In this document: positions 39,901 through 54,086 of the stretch, piece after piece
How the letters are laid out: each line of letters begins with the position of its first letter
Position numbering within the stretch: the stretch's first letter is position 1
DNA from: Octopus sinensis
Taxonomy: Eukaryota
Reading direction: 5' to 3'
Assembly: GCF_006345805.1 (NCBI RefSeq)
Contig: NC_043006.1
Location: 89,218,001 to 89,282,000 of the forward strand
DNA length: 64,000 nt
Notes under the pieces: generated by a model
What the model saw: the letters and a program-made list of their open reading frames with translations, nothing else
Told to the model about the DNA's origin: nothing
Database searches by the model: none
Made by a program: the position numbers and the translations under genes

Positions 39901-41629
39901 AACAATTGATTCATTGAAATGTGTGTGTGTGTGTGTGTGTGTATACATGAGCTGGCTTTGAGTTTCCATCTACCAAATTTCAGTTTCATACTATTGGGTG
40001 AGTCAGAAGCTACAGCAGAAAACACTGGCACAAGGTGTTGTGTATTAGGATTGAACTCAGAACAACGTGGTTGCAAAGCAGACTTCTTAATGACAGGTGG
40101 ATGAAAATGAAATTTTTTTTTTTTCTGGAAGAGGGTCATCATGCATCAGTGAGAAGGTTTAACCTAGCTTGGAACCAGACACACTTCTAGCAGCTAAAAG
40201 ATCCACTTACATGTCTCCTATCTTCAACATGTTTCAGTCACTGGACAACATTTAAGCAGGGATAAGCACACACACACATTTATATACAGTTTCTGTCTAC
40301 CAACTTCACTCACAAAGTATTGGGGCTATAGTAGAAAACAGTTGTCCCAAAGTTCCATGCCGTGTGACTGAACTTGTAGTTACAAAGCAAGTTTCTTAAC
40401 TACACCCCATGTATTAATACTTGTTTAATTCTTGCAATATTTTCCCTGCTTTAATAAAGTTATGATTTATATTTTAATTTAAAAATGGAGACTCAAATAT
40501 GGATGGGCTCAGGTGAGATGATGACACAGACAATTCTTTTTTACTATTTTTGCATCATATAAAGAAAAAATTATATTGAAAAATAGAAAAAATCCAAACA
40601 AATCGCAATAATTTAGTTTCCAATTTTCAAACACATCTAATATAATTCAATTTTCGCCTCTTTTGAACTTTTTCCTTTCAGCTCATGCGTTAACCTGTTT
40701 TAATCTATAACACATTTACACAAGATTTGTCCAATGGAAAACAGGGATGCAAATATTAATTTGAATACTAGCCCTTTAGATATGGCAATTTATATAATCC
40801 ACAAACTGCATTTAGTAATTAGCCTATTAAAATAAATTAATAATTAAATGACTAAAAGTTTTAGTAGAGTAATCAGATTTGCTTAGAAAGGCAATCATCT
40901 AATTTCTACTCCATGTGTTCATAGAGGTCATTTTGTACTGTATCAGCAGTAAGCACTCATCAAATATGTAAAGCAGCCAATCTTTTCATGCAGGCTCATA
41001 TTTTATGTCCAATGAATTATATTTGCCTCATTTCTCTAAATATTTCAATAAATTTGTTGCCAACAAGTCATCATGGCTTACCTGTCATTTATCTATGCCA
41101 AGTCCTGTTAGTATCCACCCAAAGAGAGTAAGAGAAAGTAACAAAAAGTGAGAGAGTGAAAGAAGAGGAAAAGGACAGAGGAATCTCTTAAAGGCCACTT
41201 TAGATCACAAAAGCCTTAGTAAAGTAATTGATTATTACTCAAGAATATCCCTTAACGTTGTCTCCTGAGAAATATGGCATCTCAGGTTTCAAGTCCTGGC
41301 ATGAAACCCAACTACATCTTACCTAGAATTGGCTTTGTTTAAACACTGTCAGCCATTTCTAACTCATGCTTCATCAATTTGAGATTTTTAGAATTATTCC
41401 ATTCCAGTGATATTTCTTTGCTCTTGAAATAGCTAATAATGAAACTGTTTTTCACACTATTAAATGTAGCAAGCCACCAACAAAGGTTTTATCTGATAAC
41501 ATATGACACCTATCTTGAGGTCTTCAACTACTATATCTGGTAAACCAGCTACTCTTCTTATCTTTATTTAACTTCACTTCACTAACCATGCTAACCTTGA
41601 TAGTCCTTTTATCATTCAAGGTGTACTCC

Positions 41630-42047
41630 TTGATGTGGTGTGGTGGCTTCTGTGCCTCAGTGGCCCAGAGCACTATACCTGTGGAGTGCAAGCTCATAGT
41701 AGTGCATCCCATGCTGCACAGACCAAAGGATAAAGGTCAGGCTGATATGGACTACTTCTCAGAGGTAAAAATAAGTTTGCATAGGGCCAACAACCCTACC
41801 TAGAAAAAAAGCCAAAGTTACAGAAACATCAATGATAATTCAAAACCAACTTGACCTGAAAGAGAAAGGCCTTTCTTCAGGGAAATATATGAAGCAGTGC
41901 AACTCAATCAAAAAGGAAGCTTTAAAGAAAAGCAAGGATCTCATAGAAGAGAAGTTGAAAAGACAGCCCAGAATTGAGAACAACAGAGGAAAGTTGTTGA
42001 TGGCCAATGCTCTGTAGGGTGTGTAGGGCTTAAGTAAAGTAAGTTAC
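41630..42047 (+). mobile_element. Short internally deleted LINE-like remnant with an (AAGT)n tail
   Basis: 5'-UTR-like GGGCCAACAACCCTACCTAGAAAAAA..GTTACAGAAAC is joined to a TGGCCAATGCTC..GGGCTTAAGTAAAGTAAG 3' end. The family assignment is weak. Confidence 0.4.
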
Positions 42048-43901
42048 TAGTCAACACAAACATCGCATTGAGTAAAGAAACAAAGAAAAACCTTTGTGTT
42101 TCTTTATTGTTTCAGATACACTCCTTGGTAACATCCTGATTCCTACAAATTCACAGAAAATGACAGACTTTGCAATTCAGAACATTTCACATTTTTATGT
42201 GGGGTGTTTGTACAGAAGTTAACCTCCCACATTTGTACTTCCTTACACCTGAAATATCGCATCCAGCAGCAAAATTTGATATCACTACTTACTACTGACT
42301 TATTTCCATTCTGAAGGCTCTATCCACTTTTGTAATTTAACAACAGAACACACCACCTGGCTTGGGTTCTACTTGCAGAGTTTGATCTTGAGAAATACTC
42401 AGCTGTCCTATATCTCATAATTCCCTGTTCACTGATGTCATAAGTGTAGTGGCACAAGCAGTCAGCTCCATATTGGATGAGGTCTCACGGCAGCCATTGC
42501 CATCTCCGAGACTGGAGCAAGACCTCACCTGCATCCATTTGCCATGAGCGAGATCACAACGAGGCTTGCAATGGCAAACTGGATATAAGGGCCCAACAAA
42601 AAAAGATTCATTCTCTTTTCACCACGAGTGCTTGCTGAGCACACTTATCTGGCTGGGTCTCCAAGCTAGTCCTGTCAGCATGCTGTAACTCCAGAGGCAA
42701 TGGGCCCGCATTAATGGAGATTCAATGAAATGCACACAGCTGAGAGCAACACACTTCACCTATTCTGTGAAACTTGTAAATAAACCAGTTGTAAATTGCA
42801 TTTGTACTTAAAGACTACTTTCCTCACCTGGTGGAGCCTGAACTACATGAAGAACAATATTTAATAGGAGAAGGTGATATTCACCCAATATCGTGTACCT
42901 TGTCTCCCATTATATAAGCATCAAAGAAAAACGTTTTATTAAAAGAAACTTGACAAAAGGATCTTTCTACTTTCATATTTTCTTTCTCCTAGTTGCTTTT
43001 GGTTTTTGTGCTTGTCTTATCCTTGGATCTAAAAACCACTGAACTAGCAATTACTTATGATTTTAATTTTACAATTTCTATTTTGACTAATCCTCCCATC
43101 ATTTCCATTAATTTTAGAGAAAGCAAGTTCTTAAAGATATCTCTATATGATCAATCAACCTGCTAGAAATAGCAGCAAAATTTCCCTATTGTTATACCCA
43201 AACACCACTAGTGCAGCTGTTTGGTTGGAGGAATTGTCAAAGTCTGAGTCAGCTCTATTGCAGACCCCAGGCCAGGCTTCTGGTTTGAGGATATCTTGCT
43301 CCCTCTTACCAGTTTAAGAGGTCTTTAACAAGGTGTCTGTAATGCCTGACTAAAAAGGTATTTTAAAAACCCTAAAAAAGAAAGAAACAAACAAAAAATG
43401 AACTAAAAGACAAAAGAGAAAAATTAGGAAAGTTCCTCTTCTTTTCTTTCTTCTTTGAGTGAATTCTCTTCTATTGGAATACAGCTATAACCAGTTTAAT
43501 TAAACATAGGTGTATCAACTTCATTACAGAGGTTACACTTTGCTGAAAATTAAGCTTTTAATATGGAGCAAGTTTCAGAATTATTTCTAATTTAATTTTC
43601 AAACTATTTGTGAAATCTTGGAATTGATGCAAACTATTAATTATTTAGGAATGACTTCATACATCATTTATTAAGTTTCTTTTCCACTCTAAGAAGCATA
43701 ACATGCTTAAAGATGGCCAATAAAACTACAAAGCTGAACTAGTTTAAATGGCTGAACAAAGAAAACATAGCAACAAGCTTTCATCTCCAACCTAGCCATT
43801 AAAGATCAGGATATAACTTTAGTGGTTTTAAAACAAAAAATGATAATAAAGTAAAAAAAAAAAAAAAAAAATGTATCAGACATATTCTTCCATAAAATAT
43901 C

Positions 43902-46900
43902 AAGCTGATCATTATTAGTATTATGAAACTAGCTGATCATTATTAGTATTATGACACTAGCTGATCATTATTAGTATTATGAAACTAACTGATCATTATT
44001 AGTATTATGAAACTAGCTGATCATTATAAGTATTATGAAACTAGCTGATCATTATTAGTATTATGAAACTAGCTGATCATTATTAGTATTAAGAAATTGC
44101 TGATCATTATTAGTATAATAAAACTAGCTGATCACTATTAGTATTACGAAACTAGCTGATCATTATTAGTATTATGAAATTAGCTGATCATTATTAGTAT
44201 TATGAAATTAGCTGATCATTATTAGTAATATGAAACTAGATGATCATTATAAGTACTATGAAACTAGCTGATCATTATTAGTATTATAAAACTAGCTGAT
44301 CATTATTAGTATTATGAAACTAGCTGATCATTATTAGTATTATGAAACTAGCTGATCATTATTAGTAATATGAAACTAGATGATCACTATAAGTACTATG
44401 AAACTAGCTGATCATTATTAGTATTATAAAACTAGCTGATCATTATCAGTATTTATGAAACAAGCTGATCATTATAACTATTAAAAACTAGCTGATCATT
44501 ATTAGTATTATGAAACTAGCTGATCACTATTAGTATTATGACACTAGCTGATCATTATTAGTATTATGAAACTAGCTGATCACAATTAGTATTATGAAAC
44601 TAGCTGATCATTATTAGTATTATGAAATTAGCTAATCAATATAAGTATTATGAAACTAGCTGATCATTATTAGTATTATGAAACTAGCTGATCATTATTA
44701 ACATGAAACTAGCTGATCATTATTAGCATTATGAAACTAGCTGATCATTATTAGTATTATGAAATTAGCTGAACAAATATAAGTATTATGAAAGTGGCTG
44801 ATCATTATTAGTATTATGAAACTAGCTGATCATTATTAGTATTATGAAACTAGCTGATCACTATTAGTATTATGAAACTAGCTGATCATTATTAGTAATA
44901 TGAAACTAGATGATCATTATAAGTACTATGAAACTAGCTGATCATTATTAGTATTATAAAACTAGCTGATCATTATCAGTATTTATGAAACAAGCTGATC
45001 ATTATAACTATTAAAAACTAGCCGATCATTATTAGTATTATGAAACTAGCTGATCATTATTAGTATTATAAAACTAGCGGATCATTATTACTATTATGAA
45101 AATAGCTGATCATTATTAGTAATATGAAACTAGCTGATCATTATAAGTATTATGAAATTAGCTGGTCATTATTAGTATTATGAAACTAGCAGTTTATTAT
45201 TAGTATTATTAAACTAGCTGATCATTATAAGTATTATGAAATTAGCTGATCAATATTAGTATTATGAAACTAGCTGATCATTATTAGTATTATGAAACTA
45301 GCTGATCATTATTAGTATTATGAAACTAGCTGATCACTATTAGTATTATGAAACTAGCTGATCATTATTAGTAATATGAAACTAGATGATCATTATAAGT
45401 ACTATGAAACTAGCTGATCATTATTAGTATTATAAAACTAGCTGATCATTATCAGTATTTATGAAACAAGCTGATCATTATAACTATTAAAAACTAGCTG
45501 ATCATTATTAGTATTATGAAACTAGCTGATCACTATTAGTATTATGACACTAGCTGATCATTATTGGTATTATGAAACTAGCTGATCACAATTAGTATTA
45601 TGAAACTAGCTGATCATTATTAGTATTATGAAATTAGCTGATCAATATAAGTATTATGAAACTAGCTGATCATTATTAGTATTATGAAACTAGCTGATCA
45701 TTATTAACATGAAACTAGCTGATCATTATTAGCATTATGAAACTAGCTGATCATTATTAGTATTATGAAATTAGCTGAACAAATATAAGTATTATGAAAG
45801 TGGCTGATCATTATTAGTATTATGAAACTAGCTGATCATTATTAGTATTATGAAACTAGCTGATCACTATTAGTATTATGAAACTAGCTGATCATTATTA
45901 GTATTATGAAATTAGCTGATCATTATACGTATTATGAAACTAGCTGATCATTATTAGTATTATGAAACTAGCTGATCATTATCAGTATTATGAAACTAGC
46001 TGATCATTATTAGTATTATGAAACTAGCTGATCATTATTAGTATCATGAAACTAGCTGATCATAATTAGTATTAAGAAACTAGCTGATCATTATTAGTAT
46101 TATGAAACTAGCTGATCATTATTAGTATTAAGAAACTAGCTGATCATTATTAGTATTATGAAACTAGCTCATCATTATTAGTACTAAGAAACTAGCTGAT
46201 CATTATTAGTATTAAGAAACTAGCTGATCATTATTAGTATTATGAAACTAGCTGATCATTAGTAGTATTATGAAACTAGCTGATCATTATCAGTATTATG
46301 AAACTAGCTGATCATTATAAGTATTAAAAAACTAGCTGATCACTATTAGTATTATGAAACTAGCTGATCACTATAGATATTATGAAACTAGATGATTATT
46401 ATCAGTATTATGAAACTAGCTGATCGTTATTAGAGTTATGAAACTAGCCGATCATTATTAGTATTATGAAACTAGCTGATCATTATTAGTATTATAAAAC
46501 TAGCGGATCATTATTACTATTATGAAAATAGCTGATCATTATTAGTAATATGAAACTAGCTGATCATTATAAGTATTATGAAATTAGCTGGTCATTATTA
46601 GTATTATGAAACTAGCAGTTTATTATTAGTATTATTAAACTAGCTGATCATTATAAGTATTATGAAAGTAGCTGATCATTAAAAGTATTATGAAACTAGC
46701 TGATCATTATTAGTATTATGAAACAAGGTATTCATTATTAGCATTATGAAACTAGCTGATCATTATTAGTATTATGAAATTAGCTGATCATTATTAGTAT
46801 TATGAAACTAGCTGGTCATTATTAGTATTATGAAACTAGCTGATCCGTATTAGTATTATGAATCTACTTGATCATTATTAGAATTAGGAAACTATTTGAT

Positions 46901-49900
46901 CATTATTAGTATCATGAAACTAGCCGACCTTTACTAGTATTATAAAACTAGCTGATAATTATTAGTATTATGAAACCAGCTGATCATTATTAGTATTATG
47001 AAACTAGCTGATCATTATTAGTTTCATGAAACTAGCAAATTATTATTAGTTTTATGAAACTAGCCGATGATTATTAGTATTATGAAACTAGCTGATCATT
47101 ATTTGTATTATGAAACTAACTGATCATTATTAGTATAATGAAACTACCTGACCATTATATGTATTATGAAATTATCTGATCATTATTAGTAGTATGAAAC
47201 TAGCTGATCATTATAAGTATTATGAAAGTAGCTGATCGTGATTAATATTTTGAAACTAGCATATCATTATTAGTTATGAAACTAGCTGATAATCAATCGA
47301 ATTATGAAAGTAGCTGATCAATATCAGTATTATCAAACTGGCTAATCATTATTAGTATTATGAAACTAGGTGATCAATATTAGTATTATGATGCTAGCTG
47401 ATCATTATTAGTATTATGAAATCAGGTGATCATTATAAGTATTATGAAACTAGCTGATCATTATTAGTAGTATGAAGCTAGCTGATCACTATTAGTATTA
47501 TGAAAGTAGATGATCATTAAAAGTATTATGAAACTAGCTGATCATTATTAGTATTATGAAACTAGCTGATCATTATAAGTAGTATGAAATTAGGTGATCA
47601 TCATTAGTATTATGAAAGTAGCTGATCATTATTAGTATTATGAAACTAGCTGATCATTATAAGTATTATGAAACTAGCTGACCATTATTAGTATTATGAA
47701 ACTGGCTGATCATTATTAGTATTATGAAACTAGCAGATCATTATTAGTATTATGAAACTTGCCGATTATTATTAGTATTATGAAACCAGCGAATCATTAT
47801 TAGTATTATGAAACTAGCATTTATTATTAGTATTATGAAACTAGCTGATCAGTATAAGTATTATGAAACTAGCTGATCATTATCAGTATGATGAAAGTAG
47901 CTGATCATTATAAGTATTATGAAAATAGCTGATCATTATAAGCATTATGAAACTAGCTGATCATTATCAGTATGATGAAAGTAGCTGATCATTATTAGTA
48001 TTATGAAATTAGCTGATCATTATAAGTATTATAGAACTAGCTGATCATTATTAGTATTATGAAACTAGCTGATCATTATTAGTATTAGGAAACTAGCTGA
48101 TCATTATTAGTATTTTGAAACTAGCCAACCTTTACTAGTATTATAAAACTAGCTGATAATTTTTAGTATTATGAAACCAGCTGATGATTATTAGTTTTAT
48201 GAAACTAGCAGATTATTATTAGTTTAATGAAACTAGCCGATGATTATTACTATTATGAAACTAGCAGATCATTATTTGTATTATGAAAATAACTGATCAT
48301 TATTAGTATTATGAAACTACCTGACCATTATACATATTATGAAATTATCTGATCATTATTAGCAGTATGAAGCTAGCTGATCATTATTACTATTATGAAA
48401 GTAGCTGATAATCAATCGAATTATGAAACTAGCTGATCAGTATCAGTATTATCAAACTGGTTAATCATTATTAGTATTATGAAACTAGCTGATCATTATT
48501 AGTATTATGATGGTAGCTGATCATTATAAGTATTATGACACCAGGTGATCATTATTAGTATTATAAAAGAAGCTGATCATTATAAGTATCATGAAACTAG
48601 CTGATCAATATTAGTATTATGAAGCTAGCTGATGATTATTAGTATTGTGAATCAAACTGATCATTCTTAGTATTATGAAACAAGCTGATCATTATTAGTA
48701 TTATGAAACTAGCTGATCATTATATGTATTATGAAACTAGGTGATCATTATAAGGATCATGATACTAGCTGATCATTATTAGTATTATGAAATTAGCTGA
48801 TCATTATTAGTATAATGAAGGTAGCTGATCATTATTAGTATTATGAAACTAGCTGATCATTATTAGTATTATGAAACTAGCTAATCCTTATAAGTATTAT
48901 GAAAGTAGCTGATCATTATTAGTATTATGAAACAAGCTGATCATTTTAAGTATTATGAAACTAGCTGATGATTATTAGTATTATGAAGCTAGGTGATGAT
49001 TATTAGTATTGTGAATCAAACTGATCATTATTAGTATTATGAAACTAGCTGACCATTATAAGCATTATGAGATATGCTGATCATTCTTAGTATTATGAAA
49101 CAAGCTGATCATTATTAGTATTATGAAACTAGCTGACCATTATAAGCATTATGAAATAAGCTGATCATTCTTAGTATTATGAAACAAGCTGATCATTATG
49201 AGTATAATGAAAGTAGCTGATCATTATTAGTATTATGAATCTAGCTGATCATTATTAGTATTATGAAATTAGCCAATCCTTACAAGTATTATGAAAGTAG
49301 CTGATCATTTTTAGTATTATGAAACTAGCTGATCATTATTAGTATTATGAATCTAGCTGATCATTCTTAGAATTAGGAAACTAGTTGATTATTATTAGTA
49401 TCATGAAAGTAGCTGACATTTACTAGTATTATAAAACTAGCTGATAATTATTAGTATCATGAAACTAGCTGATCATTATTAGTTTTATGAAACTAGCTGA
49501 TCATTATTAGTATTATGAAACTAGCAGATCTTTATTAGTATTATGAAACTAGCTGATCATTATTAGTATTATGAAACTAGCTGATCTTTATTACTATTAT
49601 GAAACTAGCTGATCATTATTAGTATTATGAAACTAGTTGATTATTATATGTGTTATAAAACTAGCTGATCATTAAAAGTATTATGACACTAGCTGATCAT
49701 TATGAGTTTTATGAAACTAGCTGATCATCATTAGTATTATGAACCTAGCTGATCATCATCAGTATGATGAAACTAGCTGATCAATATCAGTATTAAGAAA
49801 GTAGCTGATCCTTATTAGTGTTATTAAACTACCTGACCAGTATAAGCATTATGAAATCATCTGATCATTATTAGTATTATGAAACTAGCTGATCATTATT

Positions 49901-51253
49901 AGTATTATGAAACTAGCTGATCATTATAAGTATCATGAAAGTAGCTGATCATTATTAGTATTATGAAACTAGCTGATCATTATATGTATTATGAAAGTAG
50001 CTGATCATTATTAGTATTATGAAACGAGCTGATCATTATATGTGTTATAAAACTAGCTGATCATTATAAGCATTATGAAACAATCTGATCATTATTAGTA
50101 TTATGAAACTACCTAATCCTTATAAGTATTTTGAAAGTAGCTGATCATTATTAGCATTATGAAACTAGCTGATCATTATTAGTATTACGAAACCAGCTGA
50201 TCATTATTAGCATTATGAAACTGGCCGATCATTATTAGTATTAAGAAACTAGCTGATCATTATAAGTATTATGAAAATAGCTGATTATTATTAGTATTAT
50301 GAAACTAGCTTTCCATTATTAGTATGACAAAACTAGCTGATCATTAATGGTATTATGAAACTAGCTGATCATTATTAGTATTATGAAACTAGCTGATCAT
50401 TATTAGTATTATGAAAGTAGCTGATCATTATTAGTATTATGAAACTAGCTGATCTTAATTAGCATTATGAAACTAGCTGATCATTATCAGTATTATGAAA
50501 CTAGCTGACCATTTTTAGTATTATGAAACTAGCTGATCATTATTAGTATTATTAAACTCTCTGACCATCATACGTATTATGAAATCATCTGATCATTATT
50601 TGTATTATGAAACTAGCTGATAATTATTAGTATTACGAAACTAGCTGATCTATATCAGTATTATGAAATTGGCTAATCATTATTAGTATTATGAAACTAG
50701 CTGATCATTATTAGTATTATGAAATTAGCTGATCATTATTAGTGTTGTAAAACTAGCTGATGATTATAAGTATTATGAAACTAGCTGATCATTATTAGTA
50801 TTATGAAACTAGCTAATCATTATTAGTATTATGAAACTAGCTGATCATTATTAGTATTACGAAACTAGCTGATCTATATCAGTATTATGAAACTGGCTAA
50901 TCATTATTAGTATTATGAAACTAGCTGATCATTATTAGTATTATGAAACTAGCTGATCATTATTAGTATTATGAAATTAGCTGATCATTATTAGTGTTGT
51001 AAAACTAGCTGATGATTATAAGTATTATGAAACTAGCTGATCATTATTAGTATTATGAAACTAGCTAATCATTATTAGTATTATGAAACTAGCTGATCAT
51101 TATTAGTATTATGAAACTAGCTGATCATCATTAGTATTATGAAACTAGCTGATCAGTATAATTTTTATGGAACTGGCTAATCATTATTAGTATTATGAAA
51201 GTAGCTGATCCTTATTAGTATTATGAAACTAGCTGATCATTATCAGTATTATG
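43902..51253. repeat. Satellite array of a 28-bp unit (consensus TGAAACTAGCTGATCATTATTAGTATTA), ~260 copies
   Basis: The 28-bp period was read directly (for example 45851 to 45879). Units are contiguous with point variants and no unique spacers. Confidence 0.98.
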
Positions 51254-51896
51254 TTTTATATAACTAGAGATTTACTTTACTATCAATTTCCAAGCAATTA
51301 TTAACATAGTTATTTTTTTCATATATAATGTATAGTTTTATCTGTAGAACTATTTGATTTATTTTCTTTATTGACATGATCTGGCAGTCAACAGAGCTGC
51401 TGTCGGCATTATCATGCATTATTGCTAAAAAAAAATAATTTTTTTTTGGAATTTCCTGCTCTTCAATATGCATTATGTATTCATCTCTAAATTCAATACC
51501 TATAAATGCAACTCTCTCAGAATAATAGACACTGTTGAAAAAAATGGCATTATATTTGGATAGAATGAAGTGAAGTTCTTCAAGACACAGAAACAGAAAT
51601 TAAAAAAAAAGTAAGAGAGAGTGAGAGAAAGAGAAGCAAATAACAGATATACAGATTTCAGAACAGATAAGTCAACTAAACAAGGAGCAGTAGAACAACA
51701 ACATCCACAAAAGCAATATATTATTGTAACTGCTATGACACCTTCGCAGATGTTCAGTGCTGAACAAAACAGACATTTCTTTCCAAAATAAATTATTGGA
51801 ATAAAAAAAGAATAAACAGTATTTTCTGTGGGGACAAAGAATAAAGAGAATTCATTCCTTGAACTTAAGAGAAGAACATATATATATATTATATAT

Positions 51897-51932
<36 letters not shown>

Positions 51933-53474
51933 CATACATATAAATATATATAAACATATACATATGCATACATATATATCTTTGCTGCTAATTTTAACAA
52001 AATGAGAACTCTGAACAAAGGGGTTTAAAACTATGATAATGTAAATAAATATGACATTCTACTTGTTACTTGCTGTTTCTGGTTATTATCTACAGTGCCC
52101 TAAGTTAGCTGATGAATAAGGATGAGAATTTTAATAAAGTAAGATCTACTAACCTTTTCCCGAATGGCTGAAATTAGAAAGAAAAATAGAAATGTAATAT
52201 TACTTGTGTTGGTTTTTTTTCTGTTTGCAATGTATTCACAAATATATTTGCTGCTGTACCTGTATCTATTGCTAAGTAAATTCTTACGAATAAACTTAAA
52301 GTTAATATCTTAGAATTATATAGAAAATTACGATAATTAGATCATTACATAAACAACGATATTTACATAAAAATCAATATTAGTACACCATAAGACTTAT
52401 AAAATATTAAAATTCAAAGATCTTAAATATAAATATATATATACTTAGCTTAGCGAAGTTTTGTGATGAACTAAAATTTTGAATCAGAAAACGTCTTTAC
52501 AGCGTTTATAAGAAAACCTCGTTAAGCTAAGTATATATATATATATACTTATATTTAAGATCTTTGAATTTTAATATTTTACAAGTCTTATGGTGTAATA
52601 ATATTGTTTTTTATGTAAATATCGTTGTTTATGTAATGATCTAATTATCGTAATTTTCTTTATAATTATGAGATATTAACTTTAAGTTTATTCGTAAGAA
52701 TTTACTTAGCAATAGATATGTTGTTGGATAGCAAGTATACGAGTTGTTTGAAGTTAGGTTTATGTATATACATGTATTAAAAGCATTAATTGTAGTTTTA
52801 AATTTCTTATAATTATCATTTTAACTTATCTATTGTCTTTTTAAATTGATATTTGCTAGATTTATTATTCCCATTGATAAATATATTTATAGTATTTATT
52901 TGATACTCTATAACTACGAATTGATTATTTCTTTAAGTATTTTAAATATAAGATTTCTGATAGTTAGTATTTAGCCAACGAGATATAAAGATAGTTAATT
53001 TGATATAGCGTTCATATAAGATTGTTTGTTTATTGTTTTGAAATTAGCTATTTCATCTTTAAATATGAAAAATTAATTTATTAGGTCTTTATTATATGTG
53101 CATATATATATTTATAGAGATTATTTTAGATCTTAATTATAATATTTATATACATTTACATATTTTCATTGATAATTTATATATTATTTGAATTTTATAT
53201 TTTTAATAATATAATAGTTTTTTGGTAAAATATTTATGTAATTAGATACTGACTATTACTGATATTAGATTATTGGTGGGTGTCTTACCTTACAAATTAA
53301 TACTTAAAAATTAGAATTAATATATAACATTATAATTGATGTTTTGATTTAATCATAATCGTTACGTTTCTAGTTTGATAATAGAGTGTTTTATAAATAA
53401 AATTATTATATTATTTATTTCTAAAAAATATTGTTTAAATATTTCTGTTTACTTATTAAAATATTACAATTAAC

Positions 53475-53581
53475 CTGAAGATTGACTGTAACCATAATTC
53501 GAATTTAAATTATTGACTGTAACCATAATTTGAATTTAAATTATTGTTATTCGAATTGGTTACGGCCATGAAACGATCATA
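53475..53581 (+). ncRNA. Candidate type I hammerhead ribozyme in the left pLTR (stem III palindrome mutated)
   Basis: CTGAAGA, long stem II, GAAA, CGATCAT-A. Stem II contains a 31-bp tandem duplication. Stem I is weak. Confidence 0.45.
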
Positions 53582-53708
53582 GTGTTTTTACTATTTATCT
53601 CATATTAAACTTTTAATACTTTTTGATAGTTGTATAATTTACAAAAAAAAATAATAATAAATAAATAAAATAATTAAATAAGAAATAATAATAAAAAAAA
53701 AATGAAAA

Positions 53709-53747
<39 letters not shown>

Positions 53748-54086
53748 AAATTTATAAGTTTAAATTATTTAAATAATTTTTAAAATTTTAACTTTAATTT
53801 GAATATTTCAATTTGGAATTTTATATTTTATATTTTTTATATTTATATTTTATATTTTTTTAATTAATTTTTTTCTATGTATTGGCTTATGATTTTCACT
53901 GTTTGATTTGCCTAATAGTGGTTTTATCTCTAATTTAATATAATATATATTTATACTATAAAATTGGATTTAATCCTAAATATAATTTTTCCCTGTAAGT
54001 TTGGATTTACTCCCTAATATTATTATTATTAATTAATATATTGATAAATTGCGTATATTGTGTGTAATATCTCAATCTCGTAAATT

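Noticed and set aside
42116-42750. Plus-strand exon after TTTATTGTTTCAG, or a decayed RTE endonuclease on the minus strand
   Set aside because: All frames have early stops and the motif resemblance is too weak to support either call.
43902-51253. 28-bp array as a CRISPR array
   Set aside because: Units are contiguous with no unique spacers, there are no cas genes, and the context is eukaryotic.
43902-51253. 28-bp unit as a hammerhead-encoding satellite (CTGATCA...GAAAC-TA resembles the core, and a few units read CTGATGA)
   Set aside because: The consensus has C at the essential G8 position, stem II is poor, and no stem I can form because G would face G.
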